A DNA stretch of 64,000 nt from Candidatus Binatia bacterium (GTDB lineage Bacteria > Desulfobacterota > Binatia > UBA9968 > JAJDTQ01), in assembly GCA_963666515.2 (NCBI GenBank), contig OY762897.2, forward strand, positions 3,392,001-3,456,000, in the 5' to 3' direction. The position numbers were made by a program, and so were the translations under genes. The notes under the pieces are model-generated. The model made no database searches. It was not told the DNA's origin and saw nothing but the letters and a program-made list of their open reading frames with translations. Positions 49,260 to 59,078 of this stretch are shown here, one piece after another. How positions within the stretch are numbered: the first letter of the stretch is position 1; each line of letters begins with the position of its first letter.

Positions 49260-50648
49260 GAGCTACTGTCAAATCTGGTGTATGGCCGAGCTGAATCAGG
49301 CGGCTTTTCTACGGGTCTCCCTTTCATCGACGCCATCGACGAACTTCACCTTGGCGACCAAGTCAGCGAGTTGACCGAACCCCCGGAGCCGGCGCCATCG
49401 CTTTTGAGCGCTCATGGCCAGTTGATGCACCAAGCTCAGGGCGGTGGTGACGCTGAGGCAGTTCCGGGTCTTCACGGTTCGTAGCCGGATGGTGGCGAAG
49501 GTGGACTCGATGGGGTTGGTGGTACGCAGATGCTGCCAGTGAGCTGCGGGGAAGTCATAGAAGGTGAGCAACGTGTCGCGGTCGCGGCTCAGGCAGTCCA
49601 CCGCCTTGGGGTACTTGGCTTCGTAGGTGCCACAGAAACGGTCCAGGGCCTGTTCGGCGCTTTTGCGAGTATCGGCCATCCAGATGTCGTGGATCATCGA
49701 CTTGGCTTCAGGCTGGACGCGCTTGGGCAGCTTGTCCAGGACATTGGCGGTCTTGTGCACCCAGCAGCGCTGGGTGCGGGTTTCGGGATAGACTTCGGCC
49801 AGGGCCGTCCAGAACCCCAGCGCTCCGTCACCCACCGCCAGCTTCGGCGCCTTCACGCCACGGTCTCTGAGGCTCAACAGAAGGGCTTTCCAACTCTCCA
49901 AGGACTCCCGAAACCCAGCGTCCAGAGCCAGGAAGTGCTTGCGTCCGTGAATGTCGCAGCCCACCACCACCAGGATACAACGCCGCTCCTCCTGCCGGAT
50001 GTTCACGTAGATCCCGTCCGCCCACACATACACGAACTCGTGCCCGTGCCAGTCCCGCTCCTGCCACTCCGCGTACTGCTCCTCCCACACCCGCTTCATC
50101 CGCGTGATCGCTGCCGGCGACAGCCCCTTCACCTCGCCCCCGAACAACGCCTCCAGCGCTTCCCCAAAGTCGTTCGTCGACACCCCCTTCAGATACAGCC
50201 ACGGCACCACCGCCTCCACCCGCCGAGCCTTCCTCAAGTACGGCGGCAACAACTCCGAGCGAAAACACCGCCCCTTGCCCGCTCGATCCCGCGTCTTCGG
50301 CACCTGCACCTTCACAGGCCCCAACCCCGTCAACACCTCCCGTTCCCGCTGATACCCGTTCCGTACCACCGCTCGCCTCCCCCTCCCATCACGCTCCCCC
50401 TCATGCCCTCCCAGAAAGCTCTCCAACTCCGCCTCCACCGCCGCCCGGATCATCGCTTGTGCTCCCTCTCGCAGCATCTCGCTCAACTCATCCCGAAATT
50501 CCGCTGGACTCCCGGCCCCTTCTCTCCTATCCTTCTCCATGGTGGCGCTTCTCCTTTCCCGCTGAAACGTTGCTCTTCCAAGCCCCATTTCAGCAGAGTC
50601 GCGCCGCCTCCTTCAACTCCCCCCGTACACCACTTTTGAATGTAGCTC
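49260..50648 (-). mobile_element. IS256-family insertion sequence, 1389 bp, with 9-bp target duplication
   Basis: IRs GAGCTACTGTCAAATCTGGTGTA / TACACCACTTTTGAATGTAGCTC (19/23); TSD GCCCGTTAG at 49251-49259 and 50649-50657. Confidence 0.96.
49296..50540 (-). CDS. IS256-family (Mutator) transposase
   Basis: RNGY, YLKGVST, YVWADGIY, VGDGALGF, QRCWVHK, RTTNPIES; intact ORF. Confidence 0.95.
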   Translation of the reverse strand: MEKDRREGAGSPAEFRDELSEMLREGAQAMIRAAVEAELESFLGGHEGERDGRGRRAVVRNGYQREREVLTGLGPVKVQVPKTRDRAGKGRCFRSELLPPYLRKARRVEAVVPWLYLKGVSTNDFGEALEALFGGEVKGLSPAAITRMKRVWEEQYAEWQERDWHGHEFVYVWADGIYVNIRQEERRCILVVVGCDIHGRKHFLALDAGFRESLESWKALLLSLRDRGVKAPKLAVGDGALGFWTALAEVYPETRTQRCWVHKTANVLDKLPKRVQPEAKSMIHDIWMADTRKSAEQALDRFCGTYEAKYPKAVDCLSRDRDTLLTFYDFPAAHWQHLRTTNPIESTFATIRLRTVKTRNCLSVTTALSLVHQLAMSAQKRWRRLRGFGQLADLVAKVKFVDGVDERETRRKAA

Positions 50649-50705
50649 GCCCGTTAGCTCGTCCTGTAACTCGCGGGCCGCGCGGATCAGCGCATCCAGC
50701 TCCTC

Positions 50706-50900
50706 GCTACGGCTCGTGTCGAGCATTTTCGTCGCGCATCCTGCTGGCCAGCATGTACGTCACCCGGAAGGTCCGCTCGATCAGCGGGGCGAGCCGGGCG
50801 GCCGGATCGCCAGCGCCGTCCTTGATGGCGGCAAGCGGCTGCAAACCGGACGAACTCGGGCGGCGCCAGCCCGCGATCCTCGGCAAAGGCCTTGATGCGC
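50706..50900 (-). pseudogene. Fragment of a small ribbon-helix-helix-like protein
   Basis: IKAFAEDRGLAPPEFVRFAA.. then shifted frame LAPLIERTFRVTYMLASRMRDE. Confidence 0.35.
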
Positions 50901-51170
50901 TTCCCGATCACAGACAGGCTCTCGCCAAGCGCCAGCGCGCGCGAGGCGAAACTGTGCCGGCAGTCGTGAGGCCGGACATCCCCCAGTTTCGCCCGCTCGC
51001 GCACGGTGCCGGCCTTCTTCCCTGCGATCACCCAGAGATTGTCCCTTTCCGGGGAATCCCGTCGAGTACCGCCTCCACTGCCGAGGTCAGCGGAACGCTC
51101 CGAGGTCCCGTCTTCGTGTCGCTTAGCCTCAACTCGCGCACCGCACGGTCCACGTCTCCCCACCGGCCGG
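50895..51170 (-). pseudogene. Tyrosine recombinase/integrase C-terminal fragment
   Basis: WGDVD..LRLSDTKTGPRSVPL, then frameshift to VRPHDCRHSFASRALALGESLSVIGK; the LLGH and catalytic Tyr segment is missing. Confidence 0.8.
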
Positions 51171-51230
51171 CCTGTGTCTCGGCCGACTCGGGTGGAACAG
51201 GGGTCGGCCACCGCACACTCTGTTTGCTGT

Positions 51231-51306
51231 TGGTATTCCCGACCGGACTCGAACCGGCAACCACCCTGTCCGACCAAGGTGCGCTCCCCGTTTGCGCACC
51301 GCTTCC
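51231..51306 (-). pseudogene. tRNA-like relic (pseudo-tRNA, possible att site)
   Basis: D-arm GCGC-AAACGGGGA-GCGC, anticodon stem CCTTG/CAGGG with 6-nt loop GTCGGA, T-arm GCCGG-TTCGAGT-CCGGT, 3' ACCA; acceptor stem does not pair. Confidence 0.65.
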
Positions 51307-51359
51307 GTCGCCGTGTCTTGGCTCCGAAATCAACTGGACACGTCCGAGGCCCATATCCG

Positions 51360-51870
51360 TGAGTGCTGAATCGAGCACAGGCGGACTTGACCACGCCTTG
51401 ACCACGGCGCTGCACACCTCTGATGCTGGCGAAGCGGCGGGCAAGGGACGGGAAATTTCGGCTGCGAACCGGTCGATGCGAACCGTTCGTGGTGCTCATA
51501 CCGCCACCTCGGCAGACCCGGTCGCGGAAGGGAAGTGGGCGTCTTCGATGATCGCGTTCAACTTCTCTCGCGCGGCCTTGGCCCAGCCCTGCCACTTCGG
51601 CAGACCGACGGGCTGGTGATGAACGTACACCTGGGCCGGCGTGACCGGGTCGCCGCCCTCGGGCCGCACCAGTGCCCAGTGCGGGCGAACCTCGTTGTAG
51701 CGTCGGCGGAACACTTCGAGCGATTCCCTCGCCTCGCAGGCTGCCCACCGCGCCCGTTCATCGCCTGCTTGCCCGCCCCAATGAACTCATCGCGCCAGCG
51801 GTACAGCGTCTGCTCCGAGACACTTGCCCGCCGTGCCATCTGCGCAGGCGTTCGACCGGCTGCCGGACTC
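51360..51870 (-). mobile_element. Internally deleted IS3/IS481-like remnant
   Basis: HTH AQMARRASVSEQTLYRWRDEF lies directly next to integrase-core tail EARESLEVFRRRYNEVRPHWAL; boundaries approximate. Confidence 0.65.
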
Positions 51871-52137
51871 CGGGGAAGGTGATTGCGGTGATGAAGGCAA
51901 CACACCCCAAGGTGCGCCTCCCGGCAGCGACGGTCGGGACGGGAACGGCCAAGGTGAGGAAGCGCCTTTCCGTCGCGCCACGCACTCCAGGTCAGCCCGT
52001 CCGAGCAGCCCATACATGCCCCTACCTGCAACGTGTCCGCCGGTAGTCGCCCCTCGCGTGCTTGTTGACATGAGCGCGCCGGCGCAGCTACCGTTGAACT
52101 TGAATTCAACACCGACTCTGACGAGGGAGCGTGTACA

Positions 52138-52515
52138 TTGATCACTGATGTGGAGCTATGTCGAGATATTCTTTTTCGATATGCAGACGAGAAATGCTAT
52201 CCATCTCAAATACAGTTGGAGGACTTGTACTCCATATTTTCCGAGAGAAGCAAGGATGAAATTCTCTTCAACGTACTGGCCTTAAAGGACGCGGGGCTAT
52301 TGCATGCAAGAATAGAACTCATGGTCGGCGCCGATCTCCATGCGGGAGTCAAAGACATGGGTATCATCGGCCTCACTCCCCATCTTGGATCGGAATTTGT
52401 CCACCATGCCAGGAGTGACAAGTTGTGGAAGATGGCCGTAAAGAAATTCGGGGATGCCGGGATGAGTGCCGCCTTGTCGCGTATGTTTGATGTCCTTACA
52501 CAACTCTCTCTGTGA
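52138..52515 (+). CDS. DUF2513-like winged-helix protein
   Basis: xxxDVELCRDIL, LKDAGLL, GLTPHLGSEFVHHARSDKLW; GAGGGAG RBS; low GC. Confidence 0.65.
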   Translation: MITDVELCRDILFRYADEKCYPSQIQLEDLYSIFSERSKDEILFNVLALKDAGLLHARIELMVGADLHAGVKDMGIIGLTPHLGSEFVHHARSDKLWKMAVKKFGDAGMSAALSRMFDVLTQLSL

Positions 52516-52563
52516 CACCACACTCCAACCGGACGGCTTCTATTGTTCGGACCGGCCCTAAAC

Positions 52564-52900
52564 TCAAACTCCGAGGAAACAGGACGCTGCGCAGCAGCAA
52601 GACGCTGGCGCGGTCGAACAAGGGTTTGGTGCACGTGCGGCGCGATGAAGTGGATCGAGTAACCAAGCATCGATCTTCCGACGGTTGGGATTGGAGCCGT
52701 GGATCACGGTCTCGCTGTGGAACGAGACCTCGTCGGCCTGAAGTTCCACGTCTACCGCCCTCGACTTGTCCATGTCCGCGATGGTCTGGCCCCCTGGAGG
52801 AGGTTATCCTGGGCGAGGATCTCGACGTGTGGGCGGGCGCCCACCGCGTGGGAGCCGTGGATGCCGCCGTTCATTGGCGCTTACGCTGTCCTCGCCATGT
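52564..52900 (-). pseudogene. Phytanoyl-CoA dioxygenase (PhyH) family fragment
   Basis: GSH..DNLL / GQTIADMDKSRAVDVELQADEVSFHSETVIHGSNPNR spread across shifted frames. Confidence 0.65.
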
Positions 52901-52967
52901 CGCGGCCTAGGCAGGACCTTGCCCGCGACCTCCCCGCTCGGCAAATCCTCCATATGGGGGATTTTAG

Positions 52968-53213
52968 TTAGCAGTCGTCCTCCGACCAGTTGTCGTCCTC
53001 CAACTCGGCTAGTCTCCTCAGTTTTTCCTCTTCGGCATCCTCCCACCTTGCATTTGATTCCTGGATCATCCGCTCCAGTTCATCTTCTTCCTCTCGCTGC
53101 CGCTTCTCTTCAGCTTCGTCCTCTAGCATCCTCTCCAAGCTTTCTTCGTCCTCGATCTCCTCTTCGTCCACAGAGCCGAAAAGGAAGGTCCAAAAGTTCC
53201 TGATCAAGGCCAT
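52968..53213 (-). CDS. Small highly acidic hypothetical protein
   Basis: 81 aa, Glu/Asp-rich coiled-coil-like; GAGG RBS. Confidence 0.55.
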   Translation of the reverse strand: MALIRNFWTFLFGSVDEEEIEDEESLERMLEDEAEEKRQREEEDELERMIQESNARWEDAEEEKLRRLAELEDDNWSEDDC

Positions 53214-53461
53214 TTGTTCCCCTCGACATAAGCCGCCCAGAACGCCTGAAGTCGGTCAGCCACTCCGGCATGAAAGGACAGTCACTTCCTGATCTCCACG
53301 CTTGACGATCCAGTGAGGTTCAGGTCCATAGCATACCATCATACCGCAATGGGGCAAATTTCCAGCAACGCCACGGCGATGTACAAGAGTTTGTGTCAGC
53401 GCGGGGGGATAGTTGTAGGTGTCGGACATCGGTTCGGTTCTCCATCCAATCCGGCGGGATG

Positions 53462-54296
53462 CTATTGCGGCCGGCGTCCGCCGAAGGCTCCCGCGATGCC
53501 GGAGCCCTCGAAGATGCCGCCGACCTCCTCCTGGTCCGGCCCGTAGAAACGGCCCTCGATCCTGTCGTCGGCCGCGCCGGCCGAAGCCCCCGTCCGTGAC
53601 CGCCAGGCCGGTCCAGGTCATGTCCTCGTAGCTCGTGCCCGTGTGCGCGTTGGTCAGGTCCGTGAACATCACGTCCGCATTCATCCCCGACGGCGTCATA
53701 TCGACGGAGACGGTCGCCTCGCCCTGCACGACGGATTCCAGGCTGGACGTCACGCTCGAATCCCGCCCGACGACGAAGCCGCGCCAGTGCGCGCTTCCAT
53801 CGGGGACCGCCGGGTTCTCGCCCGTGCCGTGGCCGAGCGTGTACGAGTAGAAGACGGTGGCGCCGTAGTTCGGGTTCTTCTCGTCCTTGAACAGGTTGGC
53901 CTGCGAGGCAAAGAAGCCATGATCCATCCACCCGCCGAACACGGTGACGTCGCTGTTCGCCGAACTGCTGCGTTCCACCACCAGCCGGACGCCGTTCGGT
54001 CCGGCCAGGACCTCCAGGTCTACGTCATCGGCGCTGAAGCCGTCCGTCGTGAAAACGCGCCCGAATCCCAAGGAACAGCTTGCCTCGCGGCACACCGAGG
54101 GCACGCGTTCCGCGGCCGTGGCTCCGGCACGGTAGCCCAGCGCATCTCCGAAGAGGATGACGTTGGCTTTCCCGGCTATCCTGGCGTAGTCGGACCGGGC
54201 AATCTGCTCCGGCGTCCGCGGGCCGCTTCCGACGCCGCATCCCGAGAGCATGATCAGGGAGAGCACGGCCAAGGCCGCCGTCGCTGATGTCCTCAT
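53462..54296 (-). pseudogene. TbpB-like (Slam-type) surface lipoprotein, frameshifted near 53570
   Basis: Lipobox LSGC; FGGWMDHGFF, GSAHWRG; shifted frame gives DRIEGRFYGPDQEEVGGIFEGSGIAGAFGGRRPQ*; AAGGAGG RBS. Confidence 0.7.
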
Positions 54297-54361
54297 GGGT
54301 TATCCTCCTTCATGAAATTACGCGCTCGGAGGTCAAGACCCGGTCCGCATGGTTCGGTCCC

Positions 54362-56062
54362 TCACCCGAAATCCTTCGCGAACGCCTGCCGCTGCTCGGT
54401 GTTGCCGAGCATGATCAGCTCGCTGCCCCTCTGCAGCGACGTCGAGGGCGAGGGGTTGGTGACGACGACGCCGTTCTGTTGGACGCCGACGACGGTGAGG
54501 CCGGTGCGCTCGGAGACGGCGCAGCCGCCGAGGTCCCGGCCCACGAGCGAGGAAGGGGCGGGAACCACGAACAGCTCGACGCCCTCGCCGATGACCAGCA
54601 ACTCGCGGGCGTGGAGCTGGGCGAAGATGTCCTCGACGCCCTGGGAGGTGTAGCTGAGGGCGAAATCGGCGCCGGCTCGGTAGATGGCCTCGAGGTTCCG
54701 GGGGTGGGTGAGGCGGCTCAGGATGAGGACCTCGGGGTTGAGGCGGCGGCAGAACACCGCCAGGTAGATGTTCGTGGCGTCGTCGGCGGTGGACAGCACC
54801 ACCGCGGGGGCGTTGTGGAGCCCCGCTTCCATGAGCAACCCGCGGTCCGCGGCGTCGCCCATGAAGAGACGGTTGGGAATCTCGCCGATGCGCGGCCGCA
54901 GCGTCTCGTCGCGCTCGATGATGTGCACCGCCACGTCCTTGCGTCTCAGCGCCTCCGCGGTGGCGCGCCCCACCTTGCCGCCGCCGAGGACCAGCACCGG
55001 GTTGTAGTTGATGTCGTAGATCACCAGCAGCAGGTTGAGTTCCATGATCTGCTGCTCCGTGCCCGCCAGCACCAGCAGGCTGGAATGGGAGAGAAAGGTG
55101 TCGGGTGTGGCCGGCAACAGCTTGCCCCGCTCCCACACGCCGATGATCTCCACTCCGGTGGCCTCGCGGATCTGCGTCTCGCGAATGGTGCGGCCGGCGA
55201 ACGGCGTATTGTGCACGGCGAACTCCGCGATTTGCAGGTTGCGGATGCCGCCGATGACGTGCACCTCGGCATGCCCGGCGTTGACGCGGTTGGCGAGGCG
55301 TTCCGCCAGTTGCTGGTGCAGCGGCAGCACGTGGGTGCAGCCGCTCAGCTCCAGCACGTCGATGGAGTCCTCCCTCTCCACGGTGGCGACGATGGGAACG
55401 TCGGGAGCCACCTCACGGGCCGTGATGGTGATGCTGGTGTTCACCGCGTCCCTGAGGTTGGCCAGGATGAGGCGCGCGTCCGCGGCCCGCAAGTTCACGT
55501 AGGTCTCCCGGCTGTCCACGTCGCCGGTGATGACCGACAGGCCATCGCGCTGCTTGCGGGCGGCTTCGGCGGGCTCCGGCTCGACGAGGCAGTAGGGAAT
55601 GTCATACAGCGCCAGCCGCTCCACCAGCCCCGTCGCGAGCGCGTCGTGGCCGCAAATGACCACGTGACCCGCCAGGTTCTCCGGCACCCGGCGGGGCGCG
55701 CGGCCCCGTATCTGCGCTTCCAGCCACGGCGCGTAGAACGAGCGGATCAGGGTGAAGGGCAGCAGGATGAGCAGCAGGATGATGCCCGATACGAGGACGA
55801 GGATGCTGAAGATTCTGCCGATGTCGCTGTGGAAGACGATGTCGCCGAACCCCAGCGTGCTCATGACCGTCAGGGTCCAGTAGAAGCCCGTGACCCAGGA
55901 GTGGTCCTTCCCCTCCACGCCGGCCATGATGAAGTGGAAGACGACGGAATAGATGACGATGATCCCAACCAGGACGCTGAGAAACTTGAACAGAACGCCC
56001 AGATTGCGCCGGGTTTCCGGGGCCTCCAGGACCGACAGGATCAGGCTGACCAGGACTTTCAC
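54362..56062 (-). CDS. Potassium channel protein with two RCK (TrkA_N/TrkA_C) pairs
   Basis: Pore FYWTLTVMSTLGFGD; HVVICG and VLVLGGGKVG NAD-binding folds. Confidence 0.9.
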   Translation of the reverse strand: MKVLVSLILSVLEAPETRRNLGVLFKFLSVLVGIIVIYSVVFHFIMAGVEGKDHSWVTGFYWTLTVMSTLGFGDIVFHSDIGRIFSILVLVSGIILLLILLPFTLIRSFYAPWLEAQIRGRAPRRVPENLAGHVVICGHDALATGLVERLALYDIPYCLVEPEPAEAARKQRDGLSVITGDVDSRETYVNLRAADARLILANLRDAVNTSITITAREVAPDVPIVATVEREDSIDVLELSGCTHVLPLHQQLAERLANRVNAGHAEVHVIGGIRNLQIAEFAVHNTPFAGRTIRETQIREATGVEIIGVWERGKLLPATPDTFLSHSSLLVLAGTEQQIMELNLLLVIYDINYNPVLVLGGGKVGRATAEALRRKDVAVHIIERDETLRPRIGEIPNRLFMGDAADRGLLMEAGLHNAPAVVLSTADDATNIYLAVFCRRLNPEVLILSRLTHPRNLEAIYRAGADFALSYTSQGVEDIFAQLHARELLVIGEGVELFVVPAPSSLVGRDLGGCAVSERTGLTVVGVQQNGVVVTNPSPSTSLQRGSELIMLGNTEQRQAFAKDFG

Positions 56063-56128
56063 GACAGGACCGTATGAACGATAAGCGCTTCCGTGCTCCC
56101 TTGCGACACCGACGGGGCTCGACCCGGC

Positions 56129-57487
56129 TCAGCCTTCGGCCAGCCAGCGTCCGATACCCACGAGTTCCCAGTCCTTGCGGTAGTAGCCGAGCAACTGCAC
56201 GCCCAGCGGCATTTCGTCGAGCGCCAGCAGCGGCAGGTTCAGGGTGGGGACGCCCACCACCGACGACAGCTCGCCGTAGATGGAGTTGCCCACCGGCATG
56301 CCCACGGGCGCGGCGTCCACGGAGTTCAGGGTCACGAACGCGTCGGCGCGGTCCGCCATGGCCTCCCACTGCCGGCGGAAGGCATGGCACCAATCCAGCG
56401 CGCCGGCGTAGTCCGCGGGGGTGAGGCCGCGGCCCGCCTCCACCCGCTCCAGCACCCGCTCGCTCAGGAGCTCCGGGCAGCGGTCGGCATAGACCGCCAG
56501 CGGGTAGCGCCCTTCGTAGGTCAGCATCAACAGGATCACCTCGGGCAGCTCCCTGAGCTTGTGCTCCAGCGCTTCTACGTCGGGGTCCCCGGCCCGGCTC
56601 GCCACCTCCACCCCCCTGGACCGCAGCTCTTCGACGTACCCCTCGAAGACCGCGCGGGTTTCATCCGGCGTCACGTCCCATCCCGCGGTTTCGAGCCGGA
56701 CCACCCTCCGGGGCTTGCTCGCCGGCGGCAGCGAGGGCTCGCCCGCCAGGCTCGGGTAGCCGGGGTCGCCGCCGGCGGTGTGGGAGATGAACCAGGCCGT
56801 GCTCCACGTGTCCTGCAGGGTGCCGGCGAGAATGCCCAGGTGGGCCAGGCTCGGCGCCGACGGGAATCCCCCCAGGGTATTGATGGCGCCGTAGGAGGCC
56901 TTGATGGCGTAGGTGCCGCAGTAGGCCGCCGGCCGCAGCACCGAGCCGCGCACCTGCGTGCCGGTGGCCGCGGGAACCATGCGCGCGCCCACCGCGGCGG
57001 CGCTGCCGCTGGAGGAGCCTCCCGGCGTCCGGGACACGTCCCAGGGATTGCGGGTGGGTCCGGGCGCGGCAAAAGCGAACTCGGTGGTCACGGTCTTGCC
57101 CAGGATCAGCGCGCCGCCCTTGCGCAGGCAGTGGACCGCGGCGCCGTCCCAGCCGGTGTGGAAGTCCTTGAGCACCGGGCTGCCCACCTCCATGGGCATG
57201 TCCTCGGTCTCGTGCACGTCCTTGATGGCCATGGGCATGCCGTCCACCACCGACAGGGGCCGTCCGTCCTTGTAGCGCGCGGTGGCGGCATCCGCGGCCT
57301 TGCGGGCGCCGTCCACGTTCATGCGGACGAACGCCCGGACCTCCGGCTCCAGGGCCTCGATGGTTTCGAGGCATCGCTCAAGGTAGGCCCGCGGCGTGTC
57401 GCTGCCGTCGAGTAAAGAGGGGACCGCGGACGCGAAGCACAGGAGGTTCGCGGTCTTGGGGTCATAGGGAACCTTTCGTCCGGCCAT
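56129..57487 (-). CDS. Amidase signature family protein
   Basis: GMPMAIKD, GKTVTTEF, TPGGSSSGSAAAV, GTQVRGSVLRPA. Confidence 0.93.
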   Translation of the reverse strand: MAGRKVPYDPKTANLLCFASAVPSLLDGSDTPRAYLERCLETIEALEPEVRAFVRMNVDGARKAADAATARYKDGRPLSVVDGMPMAIKDVHETEDMPMEVGSPVLKDFHTGWDGAAVHCLRKGGALILGKTVTTEFAFAAPGPTRNPWDVSRTPGGSSSGSAAAVGARMVPAATGTQVRGSVLRPAAYCGTYAIKASYGAINTLGGFPSAPSLAHLGILAGTLQDTWSTAWFISHTAGGDPGYPSLAGEPSLPPASKPRRVVRLETAGWDVTPDETRAVFEGYVEELRSRGVEVASRAGDPDVEALEHKLRELPEVILLMLTYEGRYPLAVYADRCPELLSERVLERVEAGRGLTPADYAGALDWCHAFRRQWEAMADRADAFVTLNSVDAAPVGMPVGNSIYGELSSVVGVPTLNLPLLALDEMPLGVQLLGYYRKDWELVGIGRWLAEG

Positions 57488-57570
57488 GAGGTCCTTTCCG
57501 GGTTGCGGCGCCTTGTCCACGGGCGCGTGGATACTTGGCATTATAGACAACAAAATGCCAAGAAAAAAAG

Positions 57571-58374
57571 ATGAACAAGGAAAGCAACGAGGCTCCGAAT
57601 CGTGCGGTCCGTGTGCTCGCGGGAGTCCTCGTCCTCGTGGCGGCTTGGTCCGCCCCGGCCGCGGCGGCCGACCGGCTGCTGGTGTTCGCGGCCGCCAGCC
57701 TCCAGGGCGCCGTCGACGCCGTCGCGCAGCGCTTCGAGACGGCGGGCGGCGCGCCGGTGACGGTGTCGTTCGCGGCGAGTTCCACCCTGGCCCGGCAGAT
57801 CGAGCGCGGCGCGGCCGCGGACGTCTACGTGTCGGCCAGTCCGAAATGGACGGATCGGCTGGAGGCCGGGCGATGGTTGCGGCCGGGCACCCTCGGCAAC
57901 CTGCTCGGCAACCGGCTGGTGCTCGTGGCCCCCGCGGGGCAAGGTGCGCCCGTGCCCATCCACCGCGGCTTTCCCCTGGCGCGGCTGCTCGGAGACGGCC
58001 GGCTGGTCATGGGCGATCCGAGCCACGTCCCCGCGGGGCAGTACGCCAGGGCGGCGCTGGAGACCCTCGGGGTCTGGCGCACGGTGGCGGGCCGGGTGGC
58101 GGGCGCCCCCACCGTTCGCCACGCGCTGGCGCTGGTGGCCCGGGGAGAGGCGCCGTACGGCATCGTCTACGCCACCGACGCCAGGGCCGAACCCAACGTC
58201 GCGGTGGTGGGCGTCTTTCCCGAGGAATATCACCCGCCCATCCACTACACGGCGGCCGTCCCCGCCGCCAGCACGCATCCGCAGGCCGAGACGTTCCTGA
58301 ACTTCCTGTGGTCGCGGCAGGCCCGCTCGGTCTTCGAAGGCCACGGTTTCGCGGTCAGGGGGCCGGGACGCTGA
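57571..58374 (+). CDS. modA: Molybdate ABC transporter substrate-binding protein
   Basis: VFAAASL, FAASSTLARQI, VPAGQYA, GIVYATDA. Confidence 0.95.
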   Translation: MNKESNEAPNRAVRVLAGVLVLVAAWSAPAAAADRLLVFAAASLQGAVDAVAQRFETAGGAPVTVSFAASSTLARQIERGAAADVYVSASPKWTDRLEAGRWLRPGTLGNLLGNRLVLVAPAGQGAPVPIHRGFPLARLLGDGRLVMGDPSHVPAGQYARAALETLGVWRTVAGRVAGAPTVRHALALVARGEAPYGIVYATDARAEPNVAVVGVFPEEYHPPIHYTAAVPAASTHPQAETFLNFLWSRQARSVFEGHGFAVRGPGR

Positions 58375-59078
58375 TGTCCGTGTGGCCCCTGAGCCCGGCG
58401 GAGATGGAGGCGCTTCGCCTGAGCGTCCGGGTCGCCGCCTGGAGCACGCTCGTGAGCCTCCCCTTGGCGGTGCTGGCCGCGTACGTGCTGGCGCGCTACC
58501 GCTTCTGGGGCAAGGAGCTTCTGAACGGCCTGCTGCACATGCCGCTGGTGCTGCCGCCGGTGGTCACCGGATACCTGCTGCTCCTGCTGCTCGGGCGCCG
58601 CGGCCCGGTGGGCGCCTGGCTGGAGCAGACCTTCGGCCTGGTGTTCGCGTTCCGCTGGACCGGGGCCGTGGTGGCCGCGGCGGTGGTGGCGTTTCCGCTG
58701 ATGGTGCGGCCCATCCGGCTGTCGCTGGAAGCCATCGACCGCCGCCTGGAGTCCGCCGCCGCCACCCTCGGCGCCGGGCGTCTGTGGACCTGGCTCACGG
58801 TGACGCTGCCGCTGAGCCTGCCGGGCATGGTGGTGGGGGCGATCCTGGGCTTCACCCGCAGCCTCGGCGAGTTCGGCGCCACCATCACCTTCGTCTCCAA
58901 CATCCCCGGCGAGACCCAGACCCTGTCGCTGGCGGTCCATTCCGCGCTCCAGGTGCCGGGGAACGAGCCCCGCGCCATGCGCCTCACCGTCATCATCGTG
59001 CTGGTCACCCTCGTGGCGCTGGTGGCGTCCGAAATGCTCGGCCGCTACGTGGCGCGAAGGACGCAGGGCCATGCTTGA
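58374..59078 (+). CDS. modB: Molybdate ABC transporter permease
   Basis: PLVLPPVVTG, RSLGEFGATITFVSNIPGETQT; TGATG overlap with modA. Confidence 0.95.
   Translation: MSVWPLSPAEMEALRLSVRVAAWSTLVSLPLAVLAAYVLARYRFWGKELLNGLLHMPLVLPPVVTGYLLLLLLGRRGPVGAWLEQTFGLVFAFRWTGAVVAAAVVAFPLMVRPIRLSLEAIDRRLESAAATLGAGRLWTWLTVTLPLSLPGMVVGAILGFTRSLGEFGATITFVSNIPGETQTLSLAVHSALQVPGNEPRAMRLTVIIVLVTLVALVASEMLGRYVARRTQGHA

Noticed and set aside
51231-51306. Functional tRNA gene
   Set aside because: Acceptor stem unpaired and anticodon loop 6 nt; reported only as a relic.
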